Part shown: piece after piece, positions 26,963 to 40,200 of the stretch
Numbering within the stretch: position 1 is the first letter of the stretch
Layout: each line of letters begins with the position of its first letter
DNA from: a virus
Lineage: Duplodnaviria > Caudoviricetes
Length of the DNA: 64,000 bases
Virus record (IMG/VR): IMGVR_UViG_2974672904_000001
Location: 7,916-71,915 of that record
Reading direction: 5' to 3' (one strand)
Position numbers and translations under genes: made by a program
The notes under the pieces: generated by a model
Databases searched by the model: none
Seen by the model: only the letters and a program-made list of their open reading frames with translations
What the model was told of the DNA's origin: nothing

Positions 26963-29080
26963 ATGGGTTTGTTTAGCCGTAAAAAAACTGTTCTTTCAGC
27001 AACTACGGCATCTATGGTTACCGACTCCCCTGACATTGTTCAGCAGTCGGTTTTAACTTCTATTGCTCACGGTTCTGATATTACTAGTGATTTGATTGCC
27101 AACCTGCAAGCAGGGTTAGCATCATCTATTCAACGTTATTACTCAGCAGCGAAACACCAGAAAGAAAAGAATGGGGTAGACCTATTCCCTGTTTCTCATC
27201 GTACCCAGTATTCCACTAAGGTACTGGATATTGAATCAGCTCTATTAAGCATTCATGGCGAAACCGTCAATCTCATTAACTACACCTATCAGCCGTTAGA
27301 CACGGATATGATGGCGTATGAGTACATGACGAATGTCTATGGATTCAACATCAAGAATTACAGCTTCCAGACTTCACCATCTGGATACCCTGCATCGCAG
27401 ACAACCTTTTCAAACAGTGCTCTCTCTAATGGCACTCTCATTGTGGAATATGGGAATACCCAGAATGATGATATCTATCGAGAGACAACGAATGTCACTG
27501 GATTGAAAACGGCTGATGTCTATTACCATGTGATGTACACCAAGGTATCTCAGAAGAACAAGTACCTGTTCTGGAACTACCGTGTTGCTTCTAATGAATA
27601 CCCCTTCCTAACTCAGAATGAGTTTCAAAAAGAAGAAGGGTATTTCCCTGTGGTGCCCATTATTGAATACAGTCAAGACATGACTCATGAAGATAAAGAG
27701 GATACTCCTCAGTACGAAGCATCACGACTGCTACTGCACTCCCTTGGATTGAATTTCAAGAATGTGCATGACTCTCTAGCAGAAAGTGAAAACTATGGTG
27801 CTATAGAGCAGGCTCATTTCTCCTGTAGCGTCCGTCTAAGAGACGATGACCCTTTAGCACTCAAATACATGTTCAACATGTTTAAGACGCTTGAGGCTAA
27901 GCAGAGCTACGATAAAGCCTACTTTGATGCATGGGTTAACCAAGGGGCAGAATATATGCCTCCTCCAATGTCATCTTTGAATTACAGGATGTCTGCTTTC
28001 AAGACAGACCTGAAATGGATGTACGTTGAATCTAAGGTTGTATCCAAAGCATGGACTCATGGTGATGAGGACTATGCCCGTTTCCATGTAGTGAAGTCTA
28101 AAGAAGCTATCACTTACACAGATGAAGATGGTGACACTATCAATGCAGGACAAACGTATGACCCTAGTACGATTACTTTTGTCCGTAAGATTGATGCCAA
28201 TAACCAAGAAGAAGTGACTATCGTTGGCATGTCTCAAATCAACTATATCGACAACAAATACTCTAAAGAGTGGGATGTTCAAGATATGTTTGATGACAGT
28301 GAGGAAGGCCAAGACCCAGTAACTTTCTTGGTTCAACCTGATATTGTCCGAGCCATATTCCCTGCACTGGTAGAGAGAAATACTTTCTACTATCGCACGT
28401 ATACCTTGATACTTAATTTCAAAGAAGTGGTTAAGCTCAAGTGGTATCAAACAGGATTCTTCCAGTTCTTACTGGTTATCGTAGCTATCGTAATTACCGT
28501 CTGGTCAGTAGGTACATTGGCTGAATCTCTCGTCCTTGCTTATGGAGCGGCAGGGGGAGGAGTAGCAGGTGCAGGTGCAGTATTATGGGAAGCCATAATG
28601 ATTGCAGGTTACGCAGCCGCAGCCGATTGGGTATTACAAGAGTTACTGGCTAAGTTTGGTTGGGAAGCATTAGCTATAATAGCTGTACTGCTTGTTGCAG
28701 TAGTATCAACCTCTTCAACAATGAAGAATATGGTAATGCCAGACACTATGAGCGTGACTCAGTTTGTCGGTGACATCTTCAAATCCTTCGGTGATTTCTT
28801 TAAGGAATCTTCTCAAGACCTGATGGCTGAAGCGATGGCTGACTTGGAAGAATACCGAGAATGGAAAGAAGATTATGATACGATGTACGAAGATATGTTT
28901 GGCTTAGGCGATTCATTTGCCAGTGTCTATGCTGAGTACACTAAAGACCAGTCTATCTACAATACATTTACAGCAGATGAATATATGTTTATCGCTATGG
29001 ATATGTTGTTAATGACTCCTGTTATAGTTACAGGGGCAACGGAAACATTTATTGATACTGCATTAAGCGTGGACACATAG
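26963..29080 (+). CDS. Virion/tail protein with C-terminal hydrophobic segments (N4 gp53-like)
   Basis: MGLFSRKKT start; VKLKWYQTGFFQFLLVIVAIVIT TM segment; synteny. Confidence 0.7.
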   Translation: MGLFSRKKTVLSATTASMVTDSPDIVQQSVLTSIAHGSDITSDLIANLQAGLASSIQRYYSAAKHQKEKNGVDLFPVSHRTQYSTKVLDIESALLSIHGETVNLINYTYQPLDTDMMAYEYMTNVYGFNIKNYSFQTSPSGYPASQTTFSNSALSNGTLIVEYGNTQNDDIYRETTNVTGLKTADVYYHVMYTKVSQKNKYLFWNYRVASNEYPFLTQNEFQKEEGYFPVVPIIEYSQDMTHEDKEDTPQYEASRLLLHSLGLNFKNVHDSLAESENYGAIEQAHFSCSVRLRDDDPLALKYMFNMFKTLEAKQSYDKAYFDAWVNQGAEYMPPPMSSLNYRMSAFKTDLKWMYVESKVVSKAWTHGDEDYARFHVVKSKEAITYTDEDGDTINAGQTYDPSTITFVRKIDANNQEEVTIVGMSQINYIDNKYSKEWDVQDMFDDSEEGQDPVTFLVQPDIVRAIFPALVERNTFYYRTYTLILNFKEVVKLKWYQTGFFQFLLVIVAIVITVWSVGTLAESLVLAYGAAGGGVAGAGAVLWEAIMIAGYAAAADWVLQELLAKFGWEALAIIAVLLVAVVSTSSTMKNMVMPDTMSVTQFVGDIFKSFGDFFKESSQDLMAEAMADLEEYREWKEDYDTMYEDMFGLGDSFASVYAEYTKDQSIYNTFTADEYMFIAMDMLLMTPVIVTGATETFIDTALSVDT

Positions 29081-29089
29081 GAGCACACC

Positions 29090-29443
29090 ATGTACCCAGA
29101 TATTAAATTCGGAAATGTAGACCCTAATGCTACAGGCACAGACAAAGCTAAAGTAGACAGCACGGATTGGATTCGTTCTCTCTTTGGTGACAGCGAGACA
29201 GCAGGCATTGCTCAAGGTGTCACTGATGTAGCGTCAGGTGTCATTAACTCTTGGTTAGGCTACAAGCAACTAGGTGTTGCAGAAGACCAAGTAGCTCTAC
29301 AGAAAGAAGCATTCAACCAGAATAAAGCAACTTCTAATATGGAAGCAGCGTTGAAGCTAGATGCAATGCAACGTGGCTTAGCTCATCACGGTGTACAATC
29401 TAGTGCTGTTGATAAGTATGCTACGGAATACGCTCAGAAATAA
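29090..29443 (+). CDS. Small internal virion/ejection protein (N4 gp52-like)
   Basis: Gly/Ala-rich, no Cys; synteny. Confidence 0.6.
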   Translation: MYPDIKFGNVDPNATGTDKAKVDSTDWIRSLFGDSETAGIAQGVTDVASGVINSWLGYKQLGVAEDQVALQKEAFNQNKATSNMEAALKLDAMQRGLAHHGVQSSAVDKYATEYAQK

Positions 29444-29452
29444 GGATGAGTC

Positions 29453-31213
29453 ATGACAGATTTTTTCAGCTTCACTAAAGTTAAGGCTCCTGATTTATCA
29501 AGCTCTGCTGAGTTGTTTCGTGGTGCTCAGAAGTCCGTAACGGCAGCAGCGAACTCATTGAACCAAGCCTCAAACCGTATCAACTTGGCTACTCAGAATG
29601 AAGATACTCGTATTCGTACGGACAACACTGACCAGTTAATTGCTCAGATTAACCAAGCCACTACCTTAGAGGAAGTGAACCAACTTCAGGCATACGTTGG
29701 CTCTGAAGATTTTGGTATTGAGTACAATCATGGTTTCTATATTGATGCAGAGAAGATTAACAATGCTTTGTTAAAACGCCCTGACAATATTGAAGCAGAG
29801 CAGAAGATTAAGACCAGTATCCAAAGTCGAGATGAAGGCACGTCTGTTCAAGGTTACGTCTCAGGCGTAAATGCAGCGACCACTCCTCAGGAATTGGAAC
29901 GTCTACGTAAAGACTATCTTGGCCGTAACTATACGGCAGGTAACTTAGGTAAACTGAACAAGGCTTATGCTGACCGTCTAGCTGAACTTGAATCTAAGAA
30001 AGCTCGTGACTTACAGAACCAAGTAAACCAAGCATCTCTGCGTAAAGAAAGAGCTATTAAAGGTTATGAGTCTGACCTAACCAAGATGACCTCTGAAGCT
30101 ATGGGTAAGCTAGGAGCCACTGACAACTTAGCTAAAGTTGATGTTGATTCCAGTGCGGATAAGATTGCCCGTCAGTTGGTTGAGAAGTATCAAGGCTACG
30201 TGTCGTACGACGATGCCCTAGTCAAAGCTACTCTACAGTTGAATGGGTGGTATAACCGCTTCGGTACTAAAGCACAGCTTAACGCTCAAGGCTTATTATC
30301 CGAAGACCAACGTTACACTTTCATTGGTGCTACTCAGGCTATCATGGCCGTAGACCCTAAGGTGAGAGCCACAGAAGAAACAGCCGTTGTATTGGAAGGG
30401 GCATTCCCTACTACAGCTCGTGTACTGAAAGAGCCTCAAGTGTCAGCTAGTGAGCAAGCTACCTTGTTCAAAGATACTGACTCTGGTGTGAAGACTGCCC
30501 TAGGGAAACTTGACCCTCGTATGTTCACTAACACTACGCTGATGAAGATTGCAGCGATGGATAGTGCAGGACAGGCGAAAACGTACATTGCTCAGTTGAA
30601 TAACCAGTTAGCCCAATACGATGAGATTGAAGCGAATCTAGTTAAGGTACGTACCCAAGCAGCCACTCGTTATTCTATCAAGCGTGACAAGCTAACGAAT
30701 GGAATTGCTGACAGTACTCTGCGTACAGCCACACTGACTAAGCAAATTGAAGTAGCTCAGAATGTGGGGGATACAGACAAAGCTGAACAGCTCATTGAAA
30801 AGCTCGATGCAGAGCATGATAAGTTTGAATCGCTAACTACGCAGATGACAGATTTATCTCAGTCACCTACTGAAGCAGCGAACCTGTGGAAAGAGTCTCC
30901 TGTAGGTCAACGTCAGTTTGCTAAGTACATTCGTACCACAGCAAATGACCACCAGCTTGGTACCCAAGTTGAGCGTATTGGCTTAGCCCTAGGCACAGCT
31001 ATTACTTCATACGGTTTGCCTGAGGATATTACTCTGGATGTTGATGTGCTAGTTGACGCAGGTGTTCCAACTCCTGTAGCTAAAGAGATGGCACTTCAAG
31101 GTAAAAAACTTGAAGACGCTAAGGCTAGAGAAGTTAAGTCTAAATCTAAGAAAGCCCAACAAGCTAAAGCTATCCAAGCCTCTGCTGACGGTTACTACTC
31201 ACCTTATCAATAA
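29453..31213 (+). CDS. Internal virion/ejection protein (N4 gp51-like)
   Basis: 586 aa, helical, no Cys, immediately upstream of vRNAP. Confidence 0.6.
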   Translation: MTDFFSFTKVKAPDLSSSAELFRGAQKSVTAAANSLNQASNRINLATQNEDTRIRTDNTDQLIAQINQATTLEEVNQLQAYVGSEDFGIEYNHGFYIDAEKINNALLKRPDNIEAEQKIKTSIQSRDEGTSVQGYVSGVNAATTPQELERLRKDYLGRNYTAGNLGKLNKAYADRLAELESKKARDLQNQVNQASLRKERAIKGYESDLTKMTSEAMGKLGATDNLAKVDVDSSADKIARQLVEKYQGYVSYDDALVKATLQLNGWYNRFGTKAQLNAQGLLSEDQRYTFIGATQAIMAVDPKVRATEETAVVLEGAFPTTARVLKEPQVSASEQATLFKDTDSGVKTALGKLDPRMFTNTTLMKIAAMDSAGQAKTYIAQLNNQLAQYDEIEANLVKVRTQAATRYSIKRDKLTNGIADSTLRTATLTKQIEVAQNVGDTDKAEQLIEKLDAEHDKFESLTTQMTDLSQSPTEAANLWKESPVGQRQFAKYIRTTANDHQLGTQVERIGLALGTAITSYGLPEDITLDVDVLVDAGVPTPVAKEMALQGKKLEDAKAREVKSKSKKAQQAKAIQASADGYYSPYQ

Positions 31214-31291
31214 TAATAGGTTTGCAGGCTAGTTAGGAGTCCTTTAAGATTAAGCTACAATATACAGTTGTATCTTATAAGGACTCTTAAA

Positions 31292-34200
31292 ATGGCTGAA
31301 AATACTCCTCTTGATTCCCCAGAAACTTTGCAGTCTGTTGACGCTGTGGATGGGGTAACTCAAGATACTCCTGTCGTCACACCTGAAGTTGCCCCTCAAG
31401 AAGAAGTCTCCACCCCTAATGTAGAAACACCAGAAATCACTGTAGAAGACCAGATTAAGCCTCCTGTGGAAGAGGAGCTTAAAGCTGTCCCTACGAAACC
31501 TGATGAAACGTTCAATGCTGAAGGGAATGTATTCAAAGACCCTGAGATGGATTTAGATAAGATTTCAAAGAATCCTAATCTAAACACCGTGACGGAAGCT
31601 GTACAGAAGCATACGATTCCAAATCGCCCTAAAGCCCTACTTATCCAAGAAGCAATGCGTGACCCTTCAGCAATGATTGCCTTGATGTCTACGGGTGCTA
31701 TTGGTGCAGAAGATGTTGCACAACAACGTAATCAAATTGCTCTACAGACGACTCAAACAGATTTAGAAGCTATCCAGAAAGCATGGATTAAAGCTCCCGA
31801 AAATAATGTATTCGCTGCCTCTGCTAACCTTGCACTTCATGCAATTACAGGTGCTGCTGATATCGTATTGGCTGTGCCAGATGCAGCTATTACTCACTAC
31901 AATGTAATCCACAAAGAAGCTGAGAATGATACTGACCTTGCATATCAAACCTTCCTTGTAGGTACTACTAAGCTACGTGAACTAGAAACGATAATTGAGA
32001 ATCCCACTTCTACTGATGCAGAGAAGCAGGAAGCAATTAACGAACACCAAGTGTTAGACAATGCTCTGACCTCGTTGAATACAGAACTTCGTAAAGATGA
32101 GAAGTTTGAACAAACGCAAGACCGTTATCTTTCTGGTTACTACGAAGACCAAGCCATTAACTTTGTTACTAAGATGCGTGAGAGCATCAAGGTAGGCAAC
32201 AATGAAGCCCTAGATACACTCTCAGCGACTGTTGCTGATGTAGTGGACACAAACCTCGATACTCTTGCTTTAGCTAAGTCACAGCTAGATGAGGGCAACC
32301 TATTAGGTGCTACTGGTTCTTTCCTATCGGGTGTTGCAGGTCTGACGGCTGAAACCATCTCAGCAATGGCAGAGAACCCTCGTGGTATTCTCGACCTTAC
32401 TGCGTACTCTATGGGTCAAATTGCAGGTACTGTTCTACTTACCCGTGGTGTAGGTGCAGGTGTAGGTGCTGTTAAAGCAGGTGTCTCTATCCCTAACAAA
32501 GTAGGTGCATTGATTGGTTACCAATCTCTATTTGCTACTGATGCTTATCAAGCCTTTGAACAAGAATACGGTCACTTACCTGAAGCTCAACAAGCTCTCA
32601 TCCTAAACGGTTTAGCAGGCTTAGCAGCTTTTGTTGCAACCTCTGGTGATGAGTTCATGGTAGGTAGCTTAGCGAAGCTTACCCGTAGTGCTCACAGCAT
32701 TAAGACCACAGCATTTAAAGATGTAATGACAGGCGTTCCTGTTAACCAAGCAAAAGCAACGGCTAGACGTTTGGCTACTGCTGTCGTACCTAAGCGTACC
32801 CTTGGGGGTGCTGCTGCGGAATCTATTCAGGAATTTACTGAAAGCTTAATCGTCCAATATGCGGGTACCCAAGATTGGGATAAAGTATCTGGCCAAGATG
32901 CCCTAGTAGAAGGTCTACTGGCTTCGGGCGCAGGTGGCCTGACAGGTGCAGTAGGTGACATTGGTAATGCTTTCCGTGGTGTTCGTAAAGGTAACTTTGA
33001 GAGCACACTAGGCAAAGCCAAAGAAGGCTTTACAGCTACTCGTAATGAAATCCCAGATGTTGAGACATTCGTTGAAGTTAACGAAGCTCATGCACAGAAT
33101 CTGAATACTACTGTTGAATCTCTGTCTCGTGATAAAGACGGAAACATTGAACCTACCCAAGAGAACCTTGGCAAGGTAGCGTCATTGTATGATGCAACGG
33201 TACGTCTAGTAGGTGGCTTAGATAGTATCTTTGCCGATATCCCTGCGTTTAAAGCACTCAATGTACGTGATGCTCTGACTAAGGAAATTCAGGCAGGTAC
33301 ACCAGTAAATGAAGCTCTCGTAAAAGTAATGGGTGCAGTGCAAGGGGCTATGAATCCTCAGGCTCTAGTTGAATCACTACAGAAAAACCCAGAAGCAATG
33401 CAGAAGATTGTTTCAGTGATGCAACAACTGGCACCAGAACAGCAAGCAGAACTAGGTAATGACATTAATGGTCTAGCTGAAGGTGTGTCTCTCATGACAG
33501 GCCAAATCACTAACTATGTCAGTGCTCTAGTCCAGAACTTCGACTTAGAAGAAATGGCTAAGGGTGTAGATGCTCAAACATCTCAACAACGTAAAGACCT
33601 AGCCAAGGCAAAGCTTGCTAAAAAGAAAGCAGCCGAGCAAGCCAAAGTTGAAGAAGAAGTTGCCCCTGTACGTGAGCGTTCAAAATTTACTGTTGAAGAA
33701 ACTATCAATCAGTTTAATGAGAACCAACGTAGCAAGGAGAGCAACAATGCCGAGACGACCACAGCAGAAGAAACTCAGACTGAAACGCCTATCGCAGAGG
33801 AGGTGCCAGAAACTGAAGTAGAAACCATTGCCAATGAAAATATTGACAGTGATGCTGAGGGTGGTGTCGTACGAGAATCTCCAACTACTGCCCAGCCTCA
33901 GTATGTAACTAACTTTGCTAACAACACTCGTAAAGAGAATATTCCGTTAAACACTAAGTCTGCGGATATCAAAACTCTTGCCGATGTTAACGCACGTATG
34001 CGTGGTATGTTAACCAACATTAACAATGGCAAGGATACTGACGGTAAACTCAAGGGTGCCTACATTGGCATGATGCGTTCACTTGGGTACCAGTTGGAAA
34101 CACTCAGCAAGAAGAAAACTCTTACTGATGCAGACAAGGCAACCATTGATGCAATCACTAACGCTATCGCTAGTTATGCGTATGGTTATGCTCAGTCTAC

Positions 34201-37200
34201 TCAAACCAACAATGCAGACCTGAAAGCTCTGTATGAAGGTAAAATCCGTAATGCTAACTTCAACACTATTGCCAAAGGTGTTAAAGCAGCAGGCCACTCA
34301 CTACCCGTTAACCCGTTTGTGGTTATCTCTGGTTTCGGTAAGCAAGGAACTAAGCAGTCAGGCACAACAAAAAGTGCAGACAGCACAGCTCCACAGCAGA
34401 AGAAAACCAAAGGTGCATTAGACCGTGATGCAGATTCTGTTAAACAGACTAAGCGTAAAGGTGTAATCACAACCAAATCTCTCATTGACCTGAAGCAGTT
34501 TAAAGCGTTCACAATGTTAGGTGGTTTGATTCATGGCATCTTCGAGGGTGATGTAACTAATGCTCCTCAAGAGATGGTAGATGAAGTAGCTAACCTAGGT
34601 GCTACCTCTGAGTTTGATACTCTGTACACCGAGTTGAAGAACCAAGTCGAGAACCTACAGAAGACGACTAATCAAATCTTCAAAACTTCTCGTCACCAGA
34701 AATTACAAGAAGACCGAGTAGCCAATGCTTACTTGGCTCTAGCTTCGTACTTCAAACGTAATGACCCAGATGGACGTGACCTTACTTACGTACTGGCTAT
34801 GCATTCACCTGAAGTCTATCAGGCGATGGATACTGTACTGGAAAGTGCTCCGATTGAATCTGAGTTCTCTAGCAAGCTGAACAAAGTTGCTAAAGAGTTA
34901 GTATTCGAGGAAACCCCTACTAACCCTGAAGAATTCCCTAAAGATGCTGTAGAGAAACAGGCTATGGTCTTATCGGGACTGGAAGCCATTCAGACAGCAG
35001 GTAAAGAGACAGCAATGGAATTCATCCGTTATGTTGTTTCTGAAGGCTTAGACAAGACTGGAGACACGGTAAACACACTCAAAAACATTCTGATGAGTGA
35101 TAACATCCGTGACTATGCTCTACCATTGAAACTCGTGAACAACGCCTCTATTGAGCGTATCAACAAGTTTGTGAACCATAAGTCACTACCTAATCGTGCT
35201 AAAGAAGCGGATGCTGAGACTGAAGCTACATGGTCAGGCAACCTATACAACGGTGTTCAAGAAGCTATGGCTCGTCTGAAACTGGCGACTAACAAGCTTA
35301 ATATGTTCAACATTGAAGGGGATAAAGAGTCCACTAAACACGGTGGCCTGTACCAAGTATTCAACTTGTTCACTGTCCTAGAAGACACAGAACACGAGAA
35401 TCACCAGAAGGTTGTTGAGTCATTCAGCCCTGCTGAGCTAGAACAGCTACAGAAGATGCTCCCTTACATTCAGTCTATGCGTAACATGTATTCTCACATG
35501 TTCCACAGAACAGAAGGTTTGGATGCAACCATGCTGAATAACCGTGTGTTGGACTTGTTTGAAACCATGTCTTCACAAGGCTCAAGTGACTTCTCTGATA
35601 ACTACTTGCACCCTAACTTGTCAGCAATCGTAGCTCAGACAGCTCTCGAATATGCAATGACAGATGGTATTGCTGCCTTTGGTTACAACAAACCTGAAGA
35701 CATCAAAGACCTTGTAGGTGAGAAGCTTGCAGGAATGCACGGGGTTGCCGATGCCCTTTCTTCTGGTTCAATGCATAACCAAGTAGTCAACCGTCTAGGT
35801 CGTCAGATTGTGAAGCGTCTAGGGCTGACTCTGGATGGTAGCAAAGCAAGCCGTGATGTTATGGCTCAGATGGAAACCTCTATCGGTCACATGGCTTTAC
35901 TTGGTCTGATGAACTCAGGGCTGGTGGAAGGTTATACCTTCATGGCTCTGAAAGATAAGCAAGGCAAGAGTCACTACACCATCATTGATGGTATCTCGGC
36001 TGCTAAGGTACCAGAAGGTTACACACTGGATACTAAGAACACCCGTAAGATGGTTCGCTTTAACGAAGACAAGCTGAACGCTATTGAGCAGAAGACAGGT
36101 AAGCCTATCTTTGAAGAGTTGTCTATGGACAAGTCTCTTATCAAGAAGCTGTACGGTGAAGTTGCTAAAAACGATGTAGCCACAGAAGCCTCTGAAATCT
36201 CCGTAGACCGTGGTAACGAAGAAATCAATACGTTGGTTCGTACTGTTGCTGAGAAGACCCCTCTGTTCATGCACGAAGGCAAGGTACAGATGTTTGAGAA
36301 TCTATCTGAAGAAGTTCAGCTAGAAATCTTGAAAGGTAACATCTCAACGGAAGGTAAACACCAGTCTCGTCATAAGAGCATTGAAGCTAAAAACCGTAAG
36401 GCTAAAGCTACTCTTGCTCGTATCCGTTATACGGTACGTAACGTAGGCGAAGCAGGTAAATACTACCTTCACCAAATCGTTGGCCAAAACTTACGTTACA
36501 CAGGTAATAGCCCTAAAGGTATTGACCCTGTAAACATGGCAGAAGCTCGCTTCCTAACTAACGTAGCTCCTACAGATACCATCACGTTTAACTCAGGGGA
36601 TGCTACTCTTGAGCGTGTAGCTCACATGTTCCGTAAAGCAATTCTTCAGAATCTGGATAACAAGCCAGAAGAAAAGACTCCTGCTCAAACGGTTGAAATC
36701 TTCGATAAGTTGGTAGCAAATGAAGCAGTTCAAGAAGCAATTGCTCTGGTGGCTAAAGCGAAGGAAGAAAAACTTAGTGCCGAGGAATCGGCTCGACTAA
36801 TGACCCTATTGAAGGGTGATAAGTCTCTAGGCTTTGAAACAGAATCTCCTGCTCATGGTCTAGATGCCTTCCATGCTTTAGCAAATTACCAAGCAGCAGT
36901 CCAAGATGGAGAGTTCTCTTTCGATGGACACGTTGGTATTGAAACGGATGGTAAGAACAACGGTTCAGCACTTGGTTGGCTACAGAATGCCCCTATTGCC
37001 TCTCTTGAAGATGCACTACGTATGGCTAAGTCTGTTGGCCTTAACTTCGATGATGAAGCACACACTACTTTTGCTGACCTAAAAGCAGCAACCGAGGGTT
37101 TCCTAGATGCTTATCAGCATTTGGCTAAAGCCTCTGGTCAAGTGGGTGACAAGCTTGCTGTTAACCAAATCCCTGACGAACACATTGAAGAACTGTTGGA

Positions 37201-40200
37201 CAATCTTTTCACAGATATGCCTAACCGTGGTGAGGTGTACAACCAACTACTTTCTTTACTGGTTCCTCAGAACGGTTCATCAGCTAACGTATCCATTCTG
37301 GATGACAAAGGTAATGTAACCTCTGATGGTCGTCAGTTCTTTAAAGATGTACTGATGACAGTGTTGTATGGTGCAAGTGTTGAAACTCAGGATAGCTACT
37401 TTGCTAACCGTCTGGTGACAACTCACCTAGACAGCCTTGAGTATTTTGCAGGTGCTGAAAACAACTCTGATACTCAAACTGCATTTGCAGAGTACATTGC
37501 TAAAGTAAACAGCCTTGGTTTAGACCAGCAAATCCCATTGCCTAACTTCAAAGGTAATTGGCAAGCTGAGATTTTGGCAGAGAAAGAAGGTGTATTTAAG
37601 TCTCCGTATGTGTTCCATGCTCCTGCAATTAAGCAATTAACGGAGGAGAAAGTAGCCAATACGATTGGTGTGACTTACCGTGAAGCACTGAACACTTCTA
37701 CGTACAAGACGATTGTTGACCAAGCAGGTTCAATTGCTGAATCAGCCAACATCAAGCACATGCAAACCACACTAGTGATTAATAAGCTACGTGCTAAGTA
37801 TGTTGCGTCTCTTGGCTTAGATGCTGATGCTCAACTAACGGCTAACCAAGAATCTCATTTTGAGTCCACTGTTGTGGCTCCTCTGATGGCTAAAGTGGAA
37901 GCTCCTATCGGTGCAACCTCTGAAGGTACCTCAGGGACATCGGGTATCGACATCTCTCGTAAAGGTGAAGCTCGTCAAGAGATTCCTGCTCGTGAGATTG
38001 AGAAAGCTCAAGCAGCCTTTGAGAAAGCGCGTGCTGAAGGCAGTACTAAGATTATGCAAGAGTTCTTGCCTACTAAGTACCGTGAACAGTATGTACAGGA
38101 TGTGGCAGCACAACCTACTACAACGACTATGCGTTCTCAGATTGTTAAGTTCCTGATGAAGTCACCTGAATTGAGCACAGCTCCTTCTCTGGTACACTCA
38201 CTGGATTCTGCTATTCAGCTATTCGCTGCTCTTAGTCAGAACATCCCATTCATCAACATCTTTGATGCACAGTTAGGTGTAGCTTCAACTATTGCCAACA
38301 TGGGCAATACTTCAAACACTTCAATGATGGAAGTTATGAACAACTTCAACATCTATGAAGCACTAACTGATGCCTACAAAGCCTCTGATGATGCAATGGC
38401 AGATGTGTTAACAGAAGAGGAAATGGAAGTTGTATATACAGAGATAGCTAATGCTTTAGGTCTTCCTGATTTTAATTACAAGACCTATATGGCTGATGTT
38501 CGTACTTCGTACCAGACCATTGCTAAACGTGCTGCTAAGGTACAAGAGCTACTTATCTCAACTGACCAATATCCAATGGATGCCAACACTCCTTTAGTGA
38601 ACAACAACCGAAATGAAGAATCTTCATTAGAGTCTGTTCAAGAGGAGTTCAAGGATTCTCTGGATATGGATAAGTTGCCGAAGGTAGTGCCTGATGTTCC
38701 GATGAACAAATCTCGTGACCATGCTAAGAACGCCAGTGTCCTCCTAACGGCTGAAACAGATATTGTGATTGATGATATCAATAACGATGTATCTCGTTAC
38801 TCTGTGGAGCACAGCGTCATTGGTGAGCGTTATACAGCTATCATGAAGCAACTGGCAGACAACATTGAAAGTGTTGCTACCTTCTCGCCTAAGCAGAGCA
38901 AGAAGCTGAAAGGTGTAGCCAAAGCTCTCAAGCAAATGATGTACGACAATCGTGACCGTGGCCTGTATGTCATCCCTACTACTAGCTTGGATACGTTGTT
39001 TGCTGACATTGAGCAGATGCTTGCTGAATCGCCACAACTGAGTGAAGACGTTAAGAAGTACCTACTTTCAGATGAAGGTAAACTTCTGCTTCGTACCACT
39101 GATGTGATGGTTACTGAAGATGTCCGTTACACAGACAACAATGCTGTGAACCTCTGGCTGAATATGGAGAAGAATAAGAAATGGATGAATAAGCCAATTT
39201 CTCAACTTCTGTCAGCAGACTTCATTGATTCCATTACTATGGATATTCCACTGGGTATGAACATCTCTGGTGTTGAAGTGTTCCATGCCATCATTACCTC
39301 TCCGAAATCTAAAGCTTTCATTGGTAATGACGTAACGGGAACCAACAACGAATACTTCTCGAAGACAGTGCTTGAAGCCCTGAAATCTATGAAGACCGTT
39401 GAGCAACGCAAAGCGTTCTACCAAGCAACAGGTATCCTGCATAACCGTAGACACTGGAAAGCACTGAACCGTGTTCCAATGTTCAACAATGCAATGATGG
39501 ATGCTCTTATTCGAGCACACACTAACCCGAAGATTAAGTTCAAATTGAACATTCTTGAGAAAGGTGCATTGTTCGATAATGTTGAAGATGGTTTCTCTAA
39601 GATGAACCACCTACAGAAACGTGTCCTACGATGGTATGACAAGCGTGGAGCATTTGCAGGTACCAACATTGCCAAGGCAGATGTGCGTGGTTGGGTATTC
39701 CAGTCTCTCTTCACTTATGAGGAGCAACTGAACCTAGGTCTTGCTAAAGCGACAAAAAATGTCTCTAACGAAAAGACCCATGAAACAGATGTTGATACCC
39801 GTTCTGAAGACAACAAGACACTTGAGCACACCATTACCTATAACGGTGAGACATTCACTCTGACAGGTAACAATATCCAGACCTACGAGATTAACGGTGG
39901 ATTGGCTATTGATGGTGAAATCACAGCTATCGGTGAATTTAGCAATGAGCTTGAATTTGTGCAGACAGATGTGGGTGGATTGATTAAGCCTAAGCTAGGT
40001 ACTCCAACATACGACAACACCAACAATGACACTACCTACAATGAAATCTCTAATGAGTCAGTACTTGAAACGTACGATGACATTGTAAGTTCGTCTGTGA
40101 CTAAAGACAGCAGTACACATGCCACCAGCCTACGTAACTTAGTTAGTGCAATGTCTACTGCCCTGCATGGCATTAAGATTAAGATTGGTGATACCACTTC

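Noticed and set aside
31268-31291. TTG start extending vRNAP by 8 aa
   Set aside because: The SD (AAGGA) lies inside this segment, pointing to ATG 31292. Similar over-extended starts were trimmed at 9329, 20525, 45054, 54898, 61284 and 61964.
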